From the NCBI GenBank assembly GCA_029864185.1, contig JAOTTY010000001.1, forward strand, positions 1 through 62,246: 62,246 nt of DNA, read 5' to 3'. Made by a program: the position numbers and the translations under genes. The notes beneath the pieces are model-generated. The model was not told the DNA's origin and searched no databases. It was given only the letters and a program-made list of their open reading frames with translations. Source of the DNA: Gammaproteobacteria bacterium (lineage in GTDB: Bacteria > Pseudomonadota > Gammaproteobacteria > GCA-001735895). Below are positions 30,987 through 39,917 of this stretch, piece after piece (positions within the stretch are counted from its first letter, which is position 1; each line of letters begins with the position of its first letter).

Positions 30987-33098
30987 ATGCCTGTCGACAA
31001 TAAACCTGCGCACTGGTCCGAGCAGGGCCTGCGCTACCTGAAAGGCGTCGGTCCAAAAGTCGCCGAAAAACTGCAAAAGCTCGGCCTCAAGACCCAGCGC
31101 GACCTATTGTTCCACCTGCCGCTGCGTTACGAGGATCGCACCTTCGTCTCGCCGCTCGGTTCGCTGCAGGCAGGACAGCGCGGCCAGATCGAGGCCGAGG
31201 TCCTGCACGCGGGGATTCACTTTCGTCGTCAGGGACGATCGCGCCGGATGCTGGTGGCCAAGCTTGCCGATAACACCGGCGTGATTACGGTGCGCCTGTT
31301 TTACTTCAACGCCAACCAGCAAAAGCAGTTCGAAAAAGGAAACTGGCTGCGCTGTTATGGCGAGGTCAGGTCGGCGCTGGGCGAGCTCGAAATGATTCAC
31401 CCGGAAACCGAGGTGATCGATATCGATGACCCGCCGCCACTACCGCAGACGCTGACGCCGGTTTACCCAACCACGGAAGGATTACACCAGATTTCGATGA
31501 AGCGTGTGCTGCGGCAGGTGATCGAGAAACTGAAAACCGACGGAATCGCCGAAACCCTGCCGCAGGAATGGCTCGATAGCAACGGATTTCCCGATATCAC
31601 TTCGGCGATGATCGACCTGCACCTCCCCGGGAGCAGGCAAGACAGCGACCTGATCGCACATAACCGGCATCCGGCGCAGTATCGATTCATCGTCGAGGAG
31701 CTGGCCGCGCATCGGCTTGCGCTGCTCGAGCGCCGGCGCGAGATCCGCAGCCGCAAAACCCCCGCGATCAATGCGAACGGCGGCTTGTCGCGAAAGCTGA
31801 AGCTAGCGTTACCGTTCGCGCTGACCGGCGCGCAACTGCGCGTGCTGACGGAGCTTACCGCCGACTTCGCCGCCGCAAAACCGATGATACGGCTGGTACA
31901 GGGCGACGTCGGCTCTGGTAAAACCGTGGTCGCCGCGCTGGCTTGCCTGCCGGTGATCGAATCGGGCTACCAGGCGGCGCTGATGGCGCCGACCGAAATC
32001 CTCGCGGAGCAGCACTATCAGAATTTCGCGCTGTGGCTCGAACCGCTAGGCGTGGGCGTGGTCAACCTGGTGGGCGCGGACAAGGGCAGGAAGCGCGCGC
32101 TCAAGCTTTCGATGATCGCCTCTGGCGAAGCGCAGGTCGTCATCGGAACCCACGCGTTATTCCAGGCCAGCGTCGAGTTCAACCGCCTCGGTTTTATCAT
32201 CTTCGACGAGCAGCATCGTTTCGGCGTCGATCAGCGCCTGGCGCTGCAGCGCAAGACCCGTGACGACGAGATGCCGCACCAGCTGATCATGACCGCAACT
32301 CCGATCCCGCGCACCATGGCGATGTCGATATACGCCGATCTCGACTATTCGCAGATCGATGAATTGCCGCCTGGGCGCAAGCCGGTAACCACGTCGATCG
32401 TCTCGGAACAGCAGCGCGACAGCCTGATCCAGCGGGTTGCGAGATCCTGCCGCGAGGGCGGGCAGGTTTACTGGGTTTGCACCCTGATAGAGGAATCCGA
32501 GGCGCTACAATGCGAAGCCGCGGAGTTGACCTACGAATCGCTATGCCGGCAGCTGCCGCAACTGTCGGTGGGCCTGGTGCACGGGCGCATGAAACCGGCG
32601 CAAAAGGAAGCCATTGTTGCTGCCTTCAAAAACGGAGATACGCACATCCTGGTAGCGACCACCGTAATCGAGGTCGGCGTAGACGTGCCCAACGCAAATA
32701 TCATGATTATCGAAAACCCGGAACGGCTCGGTCTGGCTCAAATCCACCAGCTACGCGGGCGGGTAGGGCGAGGTGCACGCGAGAGCTTCTGCATACTGCT
32801 GGTCAGGAACAGCCTGTCCGAGCTGGCGCGCAAACGGCTCGAAATCATTCGTAGCACGCAGGATGGTTTCACGATTGCCGAGAAGGACCTGGAAATACGC
32901 GGCGCCGGCGAAGTGCTCGGCACTCGCCAGACCGGCGATATGAGCTTTCGGATAGCCGACCTGATGCGTGATCAGAAATGGTTTGCCCAGGTCGAGGATC
33001 TGGCCGAGCTGATGCAGCGGCCGGAGTATGCGGCGGTGCGAGTCGAGTTGCTGCGCAACTGGATTGGCGACCGCCAGGATTACACCGATGTCGGATGA
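30987..33098 (+). CDS. recG: ATP-dependent DNA helicase RecG
   Basis: Walker A GDVGSGKT and FDEQHRFG. Of the possible starts (30963 TTG, 30969 ATG, 30987 ATG), 30987 gives spacing to LPLRYEDRT most like E. coli RecG. Confidence 0.9.
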   Translation: MPVDNKPAHWSEQGLRYLKGVGPKVAEKLQKLGLKTQRDLLFHLPLRYEDRTFVSPLGSLQAGQRGQIEAEVLHAGIHFRRQGRSRRMLVAKLADNTGVITVRLFYFNANQQKQFEKGNWLRCYGEVRSALGELEMIHPETEVIDIDDPPPLPQTLTPVYPTTEGLHQISMKRVLRQVIEKLKTDGIAETLPQEWLDSNGFPDITSAMIDLHLPGSRQDSDLIAHNRHPAQYRFIVEELAAHRLALLERRREIRSRKTPAINANGGLSRKLKLALPFALTGAQLRVLTELTADFAAAKPMIRLVQGDVGSGKTVVAALACLPVIESGYQAALMAPTEILAEQHYQNFALWLEPLGVGVVNLVGADKGRKRALKLSMIASGEAQVVIGTHALFQASVEFNRLGFIIFDEQHRFGVDQRLALQRKTRDDEMPHQLIMTATPIPRTMAMSIYADLDYSQIDELPPGRKPVTTSIVSEQQRDSLIQRVARSCREGGQVYWVCTLIEESEALQCEAAELTYESLCRQLPQLSVGLVHGRMKPAQKEAIVAAFKNGDTHILVATTVIEVGVDVPNANIMIIENPERLGLAQIHQLRGRVGRGARESFCILLVRNSLSELARKRLEIIRSTQDGFTIAEKDLEIRGAGEVLGTRQTGDMSFRIADLMRDQKWFAQVEDLAELMQRPEYAAVRVELLRNWIGDRQDYTDVG

Positions 33099-33154
33099 GG
33101 CGAACGGCAGGGCCGGGTTGCCTGATCCAGCCCCGTGGGTTCTAATGATGCACT

Positions 33155-34387
33155 ATGAACAGCTGTGACACGACACCGCTACTGCCCTACGACGAGGCGC
33201 TGCTGCAATTGACCGGCGCCATCACACCGGTCGCGAGAATTGTCGAGACCGAATTGCGCCAGGCGCTGGGTTCGGTGCTGGCGCGAAGCATAGAATCCGA
33301 AATCGATGTTCCCGGATGCGCAATGTCGGCGATGGATGGCTATGCAGTCAACACCGCGGACCTGGCGGCCGAAGGTCTGACTCGGCTGCCGCTGTCGCAG
33401 CGTATTCCAGCTGGTGGTGTCGCCGCGGCGCTGGCCGCGGGCAGCGCCGCGCGGATATTCACCGGCGCGCCGGTTCCGCAGGGCGCCGATGCGGTCATCA
33501 TGCAGGAACAGGTCGAGGTCGACGAGCAGGGCATCCGTTTCGAATCGCGACCGTCCGGCGGCAGCAATATTCGACCCGCCGGCAACGATATTCGACGCGG
33601 CACTACGATACTCGAAAAAGGTTGTCGACTGCGTGCCCAGGACATTGGACTGGCGGCATCGGTGGGCCTCAATAGCCTGCCGGTATTCGAAGCGGTAAAG
33701 GTCGGCATGTTTTTTACCGGCGACGAACTGGTCGAGCCGGGCCAGGCGCTGGCGCCCGGCAAGATTTACGATTCCAATCGATATACCCTGCACGGGCTGC
33801 TCGCATCGATGGGTTGCGAAATTGTCGACCTCGGTCTGGTCGGCGATACCCTGGAGGCGACCGTGGAGGCGATGTCGCGGGCCTGCGCGGAGGCAGACCT
33901 GGTCGTGACCTGCGGCGGGGTTTCGGTGGGCGAAGAGGATTACGTGCGCGCCGCGATCGAGCGGCTGGGTGAGCTGCGCATGTGGCGTATCGGTATCAAA
34001 CCGGGCAAGCCGCTTGCCTATGGGCAAATCGAGGGTACCGCGTTTATGGGCCTGCCCGGCAACCCGGTTTCGGTATTTGCGACCTTTTGCCTGTTCGTGG
34101 TTCCGGTGATCCAGGTGATGCAGGGCCGTGCCTGGCGCAAGCCGGTGTCACTGCCGGTAGTGGCCGATTTCGACTGGCCGACACCCGATAGCAGGCGCGA
34201 ATTCCTGCGCGCCCGGCTGGTTAGGCAGGGGAGCGACGAGGCGGTCGTGCAGATATATCCGAACCAGGACTCCGGGGTATTGACGTCGACGGTCTGGGCC
34301 GACGGATTTGTCGAAATTGCGGAAAACAAGACGGTGCGCGCGGGTGACCTGGTCAGCTATCTTCCATTTGCGCAGTTTTTCGGCTGA
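33155..34387 (+). CDS. moeA: molybdopterin molybdotransferase
   Basis: MSAMDGYAV and GGVSVGEEDYV motifs. Confidence 0.9.
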   Translation: MNSCDTTPLLPYDEALLQLTGAITPVARIVETELRQALGSVLARSIESEIDVPGCAMSAMDGYAVNTADLAAEGLTRLPLSQRIPAGGVAAALAAGSAARIFTGAPVPQGADAVIMQEQVEVDEQGIRFESRPSGGSNIRPAGNDIRRGTTILEKGCRLRAQDIGLAASVGLNSLPVFEAVKVGMFFTGDELVEPGQALAPGKIYDSNRYTLHGLLASMGCEIVDLGLVGDTLEATVEAMSRACAEADLVVTCGGVSVGEEDYVRAAIERLGELRMWRIGIKPGKPLAYGQIEGTAFMGLPGNPVSVFATFCLFVVPVIQVMQGRAWRKPVSLPVVADFDWPTPDSRREFLRARLVRQGSDEAVVQIYPNQDSGVLTSTVWADGFVEIAENKTVRAGDLVSYLPFAQFFG

Positions 34388-34395
34388 ATCGACGC

Positions 34396-34845
34396 ATGAT
34401 TATCAGGGTTCAAAACGAGGATTTCGACAGCGTCGCGGTGCAGCGGGAGCTGGTGACCGGGCGTAGCGATATCGGCGCCATTGCCAGTTTTATCGGTCTG
34501 GTGCGGGACCTCGCAGACGACCCTTTGCTGCAAATGACGCTGCAACACTACCCGGGCATGACCGAAAAGGCGCTCGAGCGGATTGCCGACCTGGCCTGCC
34601 AGCGCTGGCAGGTACTGGACCTGGCGATCATACACCGGGTCGGGGCGCTGCGGCCGGCCGACCAGATCGTGCTCGTCATGGTCGCGAGCGCCCATCGCGG
34701 CGACGCGTTTGCCGCCTGCGAATTCATTATGGATTACCTCAAGAACGAGGCGCCATTCTGGAAAAAGGAAGCCAGTCGCGGAGGCGAAAAATGGGTCGAG
34801 GCGCGAAAAAGCGACCAATCAGCGCAAAAAAAATGGAATAAGTGA
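34396..34845 (+). CDS. moaE: molybdopterin synthase catalytic subunit
   Basis: 149 aa, GAIASFIGLVRD near the N-terminus, adjacent to moeA. Confidence 0.85.
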   Translation: MIIRVQNEDFDSVAVQRELVTGRSDIGAIASFIGLVRDLADDPLLQMTLQHYPGMTEKALERIADLACQRWQVLDLAIIHRVGALRPADQIVLVMVASAHRGDAFAACEFIMDYLKNEAPFWKKEASRGGEKWVEARKSDQSAQKKWNK

Positions 34846-34927
34846 CCGCAACCGACAAAAATTTGACGCTTTATTCATATAATTTTGCGAGAATCGTCAT
34901 TTGAGCTATAAGCTGCGAGCATGAACC

Positions 34928-35221
34928 GTGAATTACATTTTCACAGCTAGACCCATGCATCTCCCGTCCGTGCTGGAGCGGCCGATAACGCGGCCCGTGA
35001 CGTCCGTTTCGGATAGCGCCGCGGGTTTTCGCGACGCCAGCAGGCAGCAACCGTCTACCCGTGTTTACCGGGGAGAATTGCTCGACACGGTGACCGACCG
35101 ATCGTATCGGCCCGAACCCAATCTGCAGATCAGCCCGCAAAACCGGCGCGCGATCAGTACTTATCGAAATACCGCGAATCCGCAGCCGATCATCGGCAGG
35201 ATCCTGAACGGATATATTTGA
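34928..35221 (+). CDS. possible small hypothetical protein
   Basis: A 97-aa ORF (GTG 34928, alternative ATG 34955). Third-codon-position G+C is high like real genes here. No motif recognised. Confidence 0.35.
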   Translation: MNYIFTARPMHLPSVLERPITRPVTSVSDSAAGFRDASRQQPSTRVYRGELLDTVTDRSYRPEPNLQISPQNRRAISTYRNTANPQPIIGRILNGYI

Positions 35222-35228
35222 GATATTC

Positions 35229-35307
35229 GGGGACAGTTTACTTAATTCGGCCTGTCGAATTAAGTAAACTGTCCCCTTTATGGCGCCGAATTAAGTAAAC
35301 TGTCCCC
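35229..35307. repeat. palindromic intergenic element, copy C (one left arm, two right arms)
   Basis: Left arm GGGGACAGTTTACTTAATTCG (35229-35249), loop GCCTGT, then right arm CGAATTAAGTAAACTGTCCCC at 35256-35276 and again at 35287-35307. Confidence 0.92.
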
Positions 35308-35310
35308 TTT

Positions 35311-37485
35311 ATGGACGTATCCCACTTAATCGATCCTCTGAACGAACCTCAGCGCGAAGCGGTGAGCGCCGAACCGGGCCCGATACTGGTGCTCGCCGGC
35401 GCCGGCAGCGGCAAGACGCGGGTATTGACCCATCGCGTCGCCTGGGTTTGCGAAGTCAACGGCCTGTCTCCTTATAGCGTGCTCGCGGTTACCTTTACCA
35501 ACAAGGCGGCCAGCGAGATGCGCTCGCGGGTCGAATCCCTGCTCGGCATATCGGCGGCAGCAATGTGGGTCGGAACTTTTCACGGGCTCACGCATCGCAT
35601 GCTGCGCCTGCACTACGAGGCCGCCGGTCTGCCGCAGGGGTTTCAAATCCTCGACAGCGACGACCAGTTGCGCATGGTCAAGCGCGTCATACGGCAACTC
35701 GACCTCGACGAGGCGCGCTGGCCGCCCAAGCAGGCGCAGTGGTTTATCAATCACAACAAGGATGAAGGCCTGCGCCCGGCGCATATCGATCCCGGTCAGG
35801 ATCCTATCCAGCAGCAAATGCTCGAAATTTACCGGCTCTACCAGGACCTGTGCGACCGCGCCGGGGTCGTCGATTTCGCCGAGTTACTGCTGCGGGTGCT
35901 CGAATTGATCCGTGACAACGACGACATTCGCGAGCACTATCAGCGCCGGTTTCGGCACATCCTGGTCGACGAGTTTCAGGACACCAACGCGATCCAATAC
36001 GCCTGGCTGCGGCTCATGGCGGGCGCCGAAACCCCGGTGTTCGTGGTTGGCGACGATGACCAGTCGATCTACGGCTGGCGCGGCGCGCGCATCGAGAATA
36101 TCCATCATTTCGAAAAAGACTTCGCCGCGACCAGGGTGATCAGGCTGGAGCAGAACTATCGCTCCACCGGCACCATCCTGAAGGCCGCCAACGCGTTGAT
36201 CGACAACAATAATTCGCGTCTCGGCAAGGAATTATGGACGCAGAGCGATGCCGGCGAACCGATCCTGTTCTACTCGGCCTACAACGAGAAAGACGAGGCG
36301 CGTTTCGTCGTCGATCGCATCGAAAGCTGGGTTGAACAGGGGCGTAGCCGCAAAGAAATCGCGGTGCTTTACCGTTCCAACGCGCAGTCGCGCCAGTTTG
36401 AAGAAAGCCTGGTGACGCGTGGCGTGCCCTATCGCGTCTACGGCGGGTTACGCTTTTTCGAGCGCGCCGAGATCAAGGATACGCTCGCCTACCTGCGCAT
36501 GATATCGAGCCCGACCGCGGACAACGCCTTCGAGCGCACGGTCAATCACCCGCCGCGCGGCATCGGGCAAAAAACCATCGACGAAATCCGTAACTATGCG
36601 CGCGAACAATCGGCGTCGCTGTGGACCGCGGCGCGCGAACTGGTGAAATCGCCCGATCGGCTGACCTCGCGCGCGCGCGGCGCGCTGCAGGCATACCTCG
36701 ACCTGGTACAGCGCATGACAGACCAGCTGGCCGAACTGCCGCTCGGCGAGCAGATAAAATCGAGCATCGAAATGAGCGGGCTGGACGCTCATTTCAAGAA
36801 AGACAGCAGCGAAAAAGGCCAGTCTCGAATCGAAAACCTGCAGGAACTGGTCGGTGCCGGCAAGAGCTACGAATACGACGCGGTGATCGAAGAAAGCATG
36901 ACGACGCTCGACGCCTTCCTGGCGCATGCCGCGCTTGAAGCAGGGGAAGGCCAGGCCGACGCCTGGGAAGATTGTGTGCAATTGATGACCATGCATTCGG
37001 TCAAGGGGCTGGAGTTTCCGCTGGTGTTTCTGGTCGGCATGGAGGAGGGACTGTTCCCGCACCAGCGGTCCAGCGAGGAGCCCGGCCGCATGGAGGAAGA
37101 GCGCCGCCTTTGTTATGTCGGAATCACGCGCGCGCGCGAACAGCTGGTGGTAACCAGTGCCGAAGTACGGCGCCTGTTCGGTGGCGAAAGCTATAATATG
37201 CTGTCACGATTCGTGCGCGAAATTCCGCACGAACTGATCCAGGAAATCCGCCCCAGGGCGCAGTTCACGCGTCCCGGGTTGCAGGCGACGCCCGCGGTGC
37301 ACCGCGAGCTGGCCGAGCAGGATACGGGCCTCTTCGTCGGACAGCGCGTCAACCATGCGCGCTTCGGCGACGGGGTCGTGCTGAATCTCGAGGGGCAGGG
37401 ATCGCAGTCGCGGGTCCAGGTCAATTTCGAAGCCGCCGGCAGCAAATGGCTGATCGCGAGCATGGCAAATCTGCAGCCCGCCTGA
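35311..37485 (+). CDS. uvrD: DNA helicase II
   Basis: MDVSHLIDPLNEPQREAV aligns with the E. coli UvrD N-terminus. AGAGSGKTRVL and DEFQDTN. Confidence 0.95.
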   Translation: MDVSHLIDPLNEPQREAVSAEPGPILVLAGAGSGKTRVLTHRVAWVCEVNGLSPYSVLAVTFTNKAASEMRSRVESLLGISAAAMWVGTFHGLTHRMLRLHYEAAGLPQGFQILDSDDQLRMVKRVIRQLDLDEARWPPKQAQWFINHNKDEGLRPAHIDPGQDPIQQQMLEIYRLYQDLCDRAGVVDFAELLLRVLELIRDNDDIREHYQRRFRHILVDEFQDTNAIQYAWLRLMAGAETPVFVVGDDDQSIYGWRGARIENIHHFEKDFAATRVIRLEQNYRSTGTILKAANALIDNNNSRLGKELWTQSDAGEPILFYSAYNEKDEARFVVDRIESWVEQGRSRKEIAVLYRSNAQSRQFEESLVTRGVPYRVYGGLRFFERAEIKDTLAYLRMISSPTADNAFERTVNHPPRGIGQKTIDEIRNYAREQSASLWTAARELVKSPDRLTSRARGALQAYLDLVQRMTDQLAELPLGEQIKSSIEMSGLDAHFKKDSSEKGQSRIENLQELVGAGKSYEYDAVIEESMTTLDAFLAHAALEAGEGQADAWEDCVQLMTMHSVKGLEFPLVFLVGMEEGLFPHQRSSEEPGRMEEERRLCYVGITRAREQLVVTSAEVRRLFGGESYNMLSRFVREIPHELIQEIRPRAQFTRPGLQATPAVHRELAEQDTGLFVGQRVNHARFGDGVVLNLEGQGSQSRVQVNFEAAGSKWLIASMANLQPA

Positions 37486-37550
37486 CCGGGCAATGCGCAT
37501 CCTGGCAGGCTCGTGTAGAATCGTCGCAGCCAAAATCAACAGGAGCAAAA

Positions 37551-38417
37551 ATGAGCAAGCAAAAAGTTGCCTTTATCGGGCTCGGGGTCATGGGTTATCC
37601 GATGGCCGGTCATCTCGCCAAGGCCGGTTACCCGACCCGGGTATACAATCGCACCAGCGCGAAAGCCGAAAAATGGTGCCAGGAATACGGCGGTGATTTC
37701 GCGACAACCCCGCGCGAGGCCGCCGAGGGCGCCGACTTCGTCTTCATGTGCGTCGGTAACGACGATGACCTGCGTTCGGTCGTATTCGGTAACGATGGAG
37801 TACTGGCCGGGTGCAAGGACGGCTCGATCCTGATCGATCACACGACGGCATCGGCTAATGTCGCGCGCGAGATCGCCGAAAAATCCGAGGTGCCATTTCT
37901 GGATGCGCCCGTGTCGGGCGGGCAGGCCGGCGCCGAGAACGGCGTGCTTACCGTCATGATTGGCGGCGAGCAGGCCGCTTTCGACGCTGCACGACCGGTC
38001 ATCATGAGTTACGCGCGCGCCGCGGAACTGATGGGCGGTGCCGGTGCCGGGCAGTTGACCAAGATGGTCAACCAGATCTGTATCGCCGGGCTGGTCCAGG
38101 GGCTGTCGGAAGGTCTCAATTTTGCACAGCGCGCCGGGCTCGACGGTCACAAGGTGGTCGAAGTCATCTCCAAGGGCGCCGCGGGGTCCTGGCAAATGGA
38201 AAATCGTGGCGACACGATGCTCGACGATAAATTCGATTTTGGTTTCGCGGTCGACTGGATGCGCAAGGACCTCGCGATTTGCCTCGAGGAAGCCGAGAAA
38301 AACGGCGCGCAATTGCCGGTTACCCGTATCGTCAACGATTTTTACGGTGAAATTCAGCAAATGGGCGGTGGTCGCTGGGATACTTCGAGCCTGATTCGGC
38401 GACTGACCCGGAAATAA
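37551..38417 (+). CDS. NAD(P)-dependent oxidoreductase, 3-hydroxyisobutyrate dehydrogenase family
   Basis: The start is moved to ATG 37551, preceded by AGGAG. VAFIGLGVMGYPMAGHL. Confidence 0.85.
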   Translation: MSKQKVAFIGLGVMGYPMAGHLAKAGYPTRVYNRTSAKAEKWCQEYGGDFATTPREAAEGADFVFMCVGNDDDLRSVVFGNDGVLAGCKDGSILIDHTTASANVAREIAEKSEVPFLDAPVSGGQAGAENGVLTVMIGGEQAAFDAARPVIMSYARAAELMGGAGAGQLTKMVNQICIAGLVQGLSEGLNFAQRAGLDGHKVVEVISKGAAGSWQMENRGDTMLDDKFDFGFAVDWMRKDLAICLEEAEKNGAQLPVTRIVNDFYGEIQQMGGGRWDTSSLIRRLTRK

Positions 38418-38705
38418 AAAAATTGCAAATATTTCTAATCTGTTCAAATCGCGAATATCGAACAATTAATATATATAAATCAAAAACTTAAGAGAGGTAA
38501 ATGATAAAAAAGATCACAAAGTGCGCCCATATACACTGTTTTTTATACCGTTTATCGTAAAAAAACTGGATTTTCTGAAATTATGTCCTATAAAGTTAAT
38601 CGTGTTAAAGGTTAAGAACACCTAACCTCTCTCACGATGTCCTCCTTTGGTTATAATTGTCGATTACGACTTTATGGCTGGTCTTACGACCAGCCATTTT
38701 TTTTG
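38418..38705 (+). other. AT-rich orphan intergenic island: candidate sRNA / micro-ORF locus
   Basis: A hand count of 38421-38640 gives 64 G+C in 220 nt (about 29%), against roughly 60% in the flanks. It ends in an intrinsic terminator. It contains CCTCTCTC and CCTCCTTT tracts and two micro-ORFs. Confidence 0.5.
38674..38704 (+). terminator. rho-independent terminator
   Basis: ATGGCTGGTC-TTAC-GACCAGCCAT: a 10-bp stem and 4-nt loop, followed by TTTTTTT. Confidence 0.85.
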
Positions 38706-38740
38706 GTTTCGAGCTGCTGCGCCTGCAATGGTCGCGGTGG

Positions 38741-38827
38741 AATTCCGGGGACACATTACTTAACTTAATTCGCGATTTAATCAGGACTGGTCGAAGTTCC
38801 TGAATTAAGTAATGTGTCCCCGGAATT
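38741..38827. repeat. palindromic intergenic element, copy D (sequence variant)
   Basis: 23-bp perfect inverted arms AATTCCGGGGACACATTACTTAA (38741-38763) and TTAAGTAATGTGTCCCCGGAATT (38805-38827), with a 41-nt spacer. Confidence 0.9.
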
Positions 38828-38905
38828 GTTGCTTGACCGCGGACGACATTTTGTCAATATGACAGGTCGACACCTGGTAACGTGCGGTCAAGCCCGGGAG
38901 GAAAG

Positions 38906-39874
38906 ATGTACGCCTGGAAATGTGTGACCTGGGGTGATCCGAGGCACCTGCAATTGGGCCGTATGCCGGATCCCGTCTGCGAGGCCGGGCAGGTCGAAAT
39001 CACGGTCAAGGCATGCGGCGTAAACTTCGCCGATCTGCTGCTGATTTCAGGACGTTACCAGTTACGGCCCGAACTCCCGTTCATACCGGGAATGGAAGTT
39101 GCGGGATGGGTTACTGCCGTCGGACCCGGCGTTACGGTGCCTCGCGTCGGAGAACATGTTGCTGCTTACGTCAAATACGGCGGTTACGCCGACAAGGTCG
39201 TCGCGCCGACCGCCCAGGTCGCCGTCATTCCGGATTCGATTTCATCGGCGACAGCGGCCGCCTTCCCGGTATCCTACGGCTCTGCAGAACTGGCACTTGA
39301 CCGCGCGCATCTGAGCGCAGGAGAAGTGGTGGTCATAGGTGGTGCCGCGGGCGCGGTGGGCAGCGCGTGCATCGAGCTTGCGAAGCAGCGCGGCGCGACC
39401 GTAATCGCCTGCGTTGGCGACGACGCCAAGGAGCAGGTCGCGCGTGCCTGTGGCGCGGATGAAATCGTGTCGTCGCGTTCGCGGGCCCTGCAGCAAGACC
39501 TGCAAGCGGCCACTGCCGACGGTGTCGACGTGATTATCGACCCGGTAGGCGGAAGCTTCTTCGACGAGTCCCTGCGCGCGCTGAGATTTGGAGGCCGCGT
39601 CGTCGTGCTTGGATTCGCGTCTGGCAAGATCCCTTCGCTACGCCTGAATCAGTTGCTCATCAGGCAGCAGAGCGTCATCGGCGCTTCCTTCGGTCTCACC
39701 TGCATCAAGGACCCCGCGCGTATTTCCGATAAGTGGCCGGAGCTGGTTGCAATGCTCGAGCGCGGCGCTATCAAGCCCAGGATCAGCAAGACATTGCCTT
39801 TCACCGATCTGCCCAGGGCGCTTAATCTGCTGAAGGAGCGCAAGCTCGCCGGAAGGGCGGTTTTAGGCGGCTGA
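38906..39874 (+). CDS. NADPH:quinone oxidoreductase-like MDR-family dehydrogenase
   Basis: The start is moved to ATG 38906, preceded by GGGAGGAAAG. Cofactor motif VVIGGAAGAVGSACIELAK. Confidence 0.85.
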   Translation: MYAWKCVTWGDPRHLQLGRMPDPVCEAGQVEITVKACGVNFADLLLISGRYQLRPELPFIPGMEVAGWVTAVGPGVTVPRVGEHVAAYVKYGGYADKVVAPTAQVAVIPDSISSATAAAFPVSYGSAELALDRAHLSAGEVVVIGGAAGAVGSACIELAKQRGATVIACVGDDAKEQVARACGADEIVSSRSRALQQDLQAATADGVDVIIDPVGGSFFDESLRALRFGGRVVVLGFASGKIPSLRLNQLLIRQQSVIGASFGLTCIKDPARISDKWPELVAMLERGAIKPRISKTLPFTDLPRALNLLKERKLAGRAVLGG

Positions 39875-39917
39875 GGCCGCGTCGAAACTCTATCTCCGCG
39901 GGATGTCGCCCGTGGTG

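Noticed and set aside
33099-33154. Moco riboswitch upstream of moeA-moaE
   Set aside because: The intergenic region is only 56 nt, far shorter than the riboswitch, and shows no extended conserved stem structure.
35222-35310. LexA (SOS) box upstream of uvrD
   Set aside because: The element contains several CTGT/ACAG tetramers, but none in the CTGT-N8-ACAG arrangement expected for gammaproteobacterial LexA.
38501-38615. The micro-ORFs in the AT-rich island as a type I toxin or a RiPP precursor
   Set aside because: The peptides (19 and 10 aa) are not hydrophobic or transmembrane-like, and no maturation or modification genes are nearby. They are kept only as part of the sRNA/micro-ORF hypothesis.
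14858-38827. Idea that the repeated GGGGACAGTTTAC... motifs form a CRISPR array
   Set aside because: The copies are palindromic pairs scattered over 24 kb in separate intergenic regions. They are not regularly spaced direct repeats with unique spacers, and there are no cas genes.
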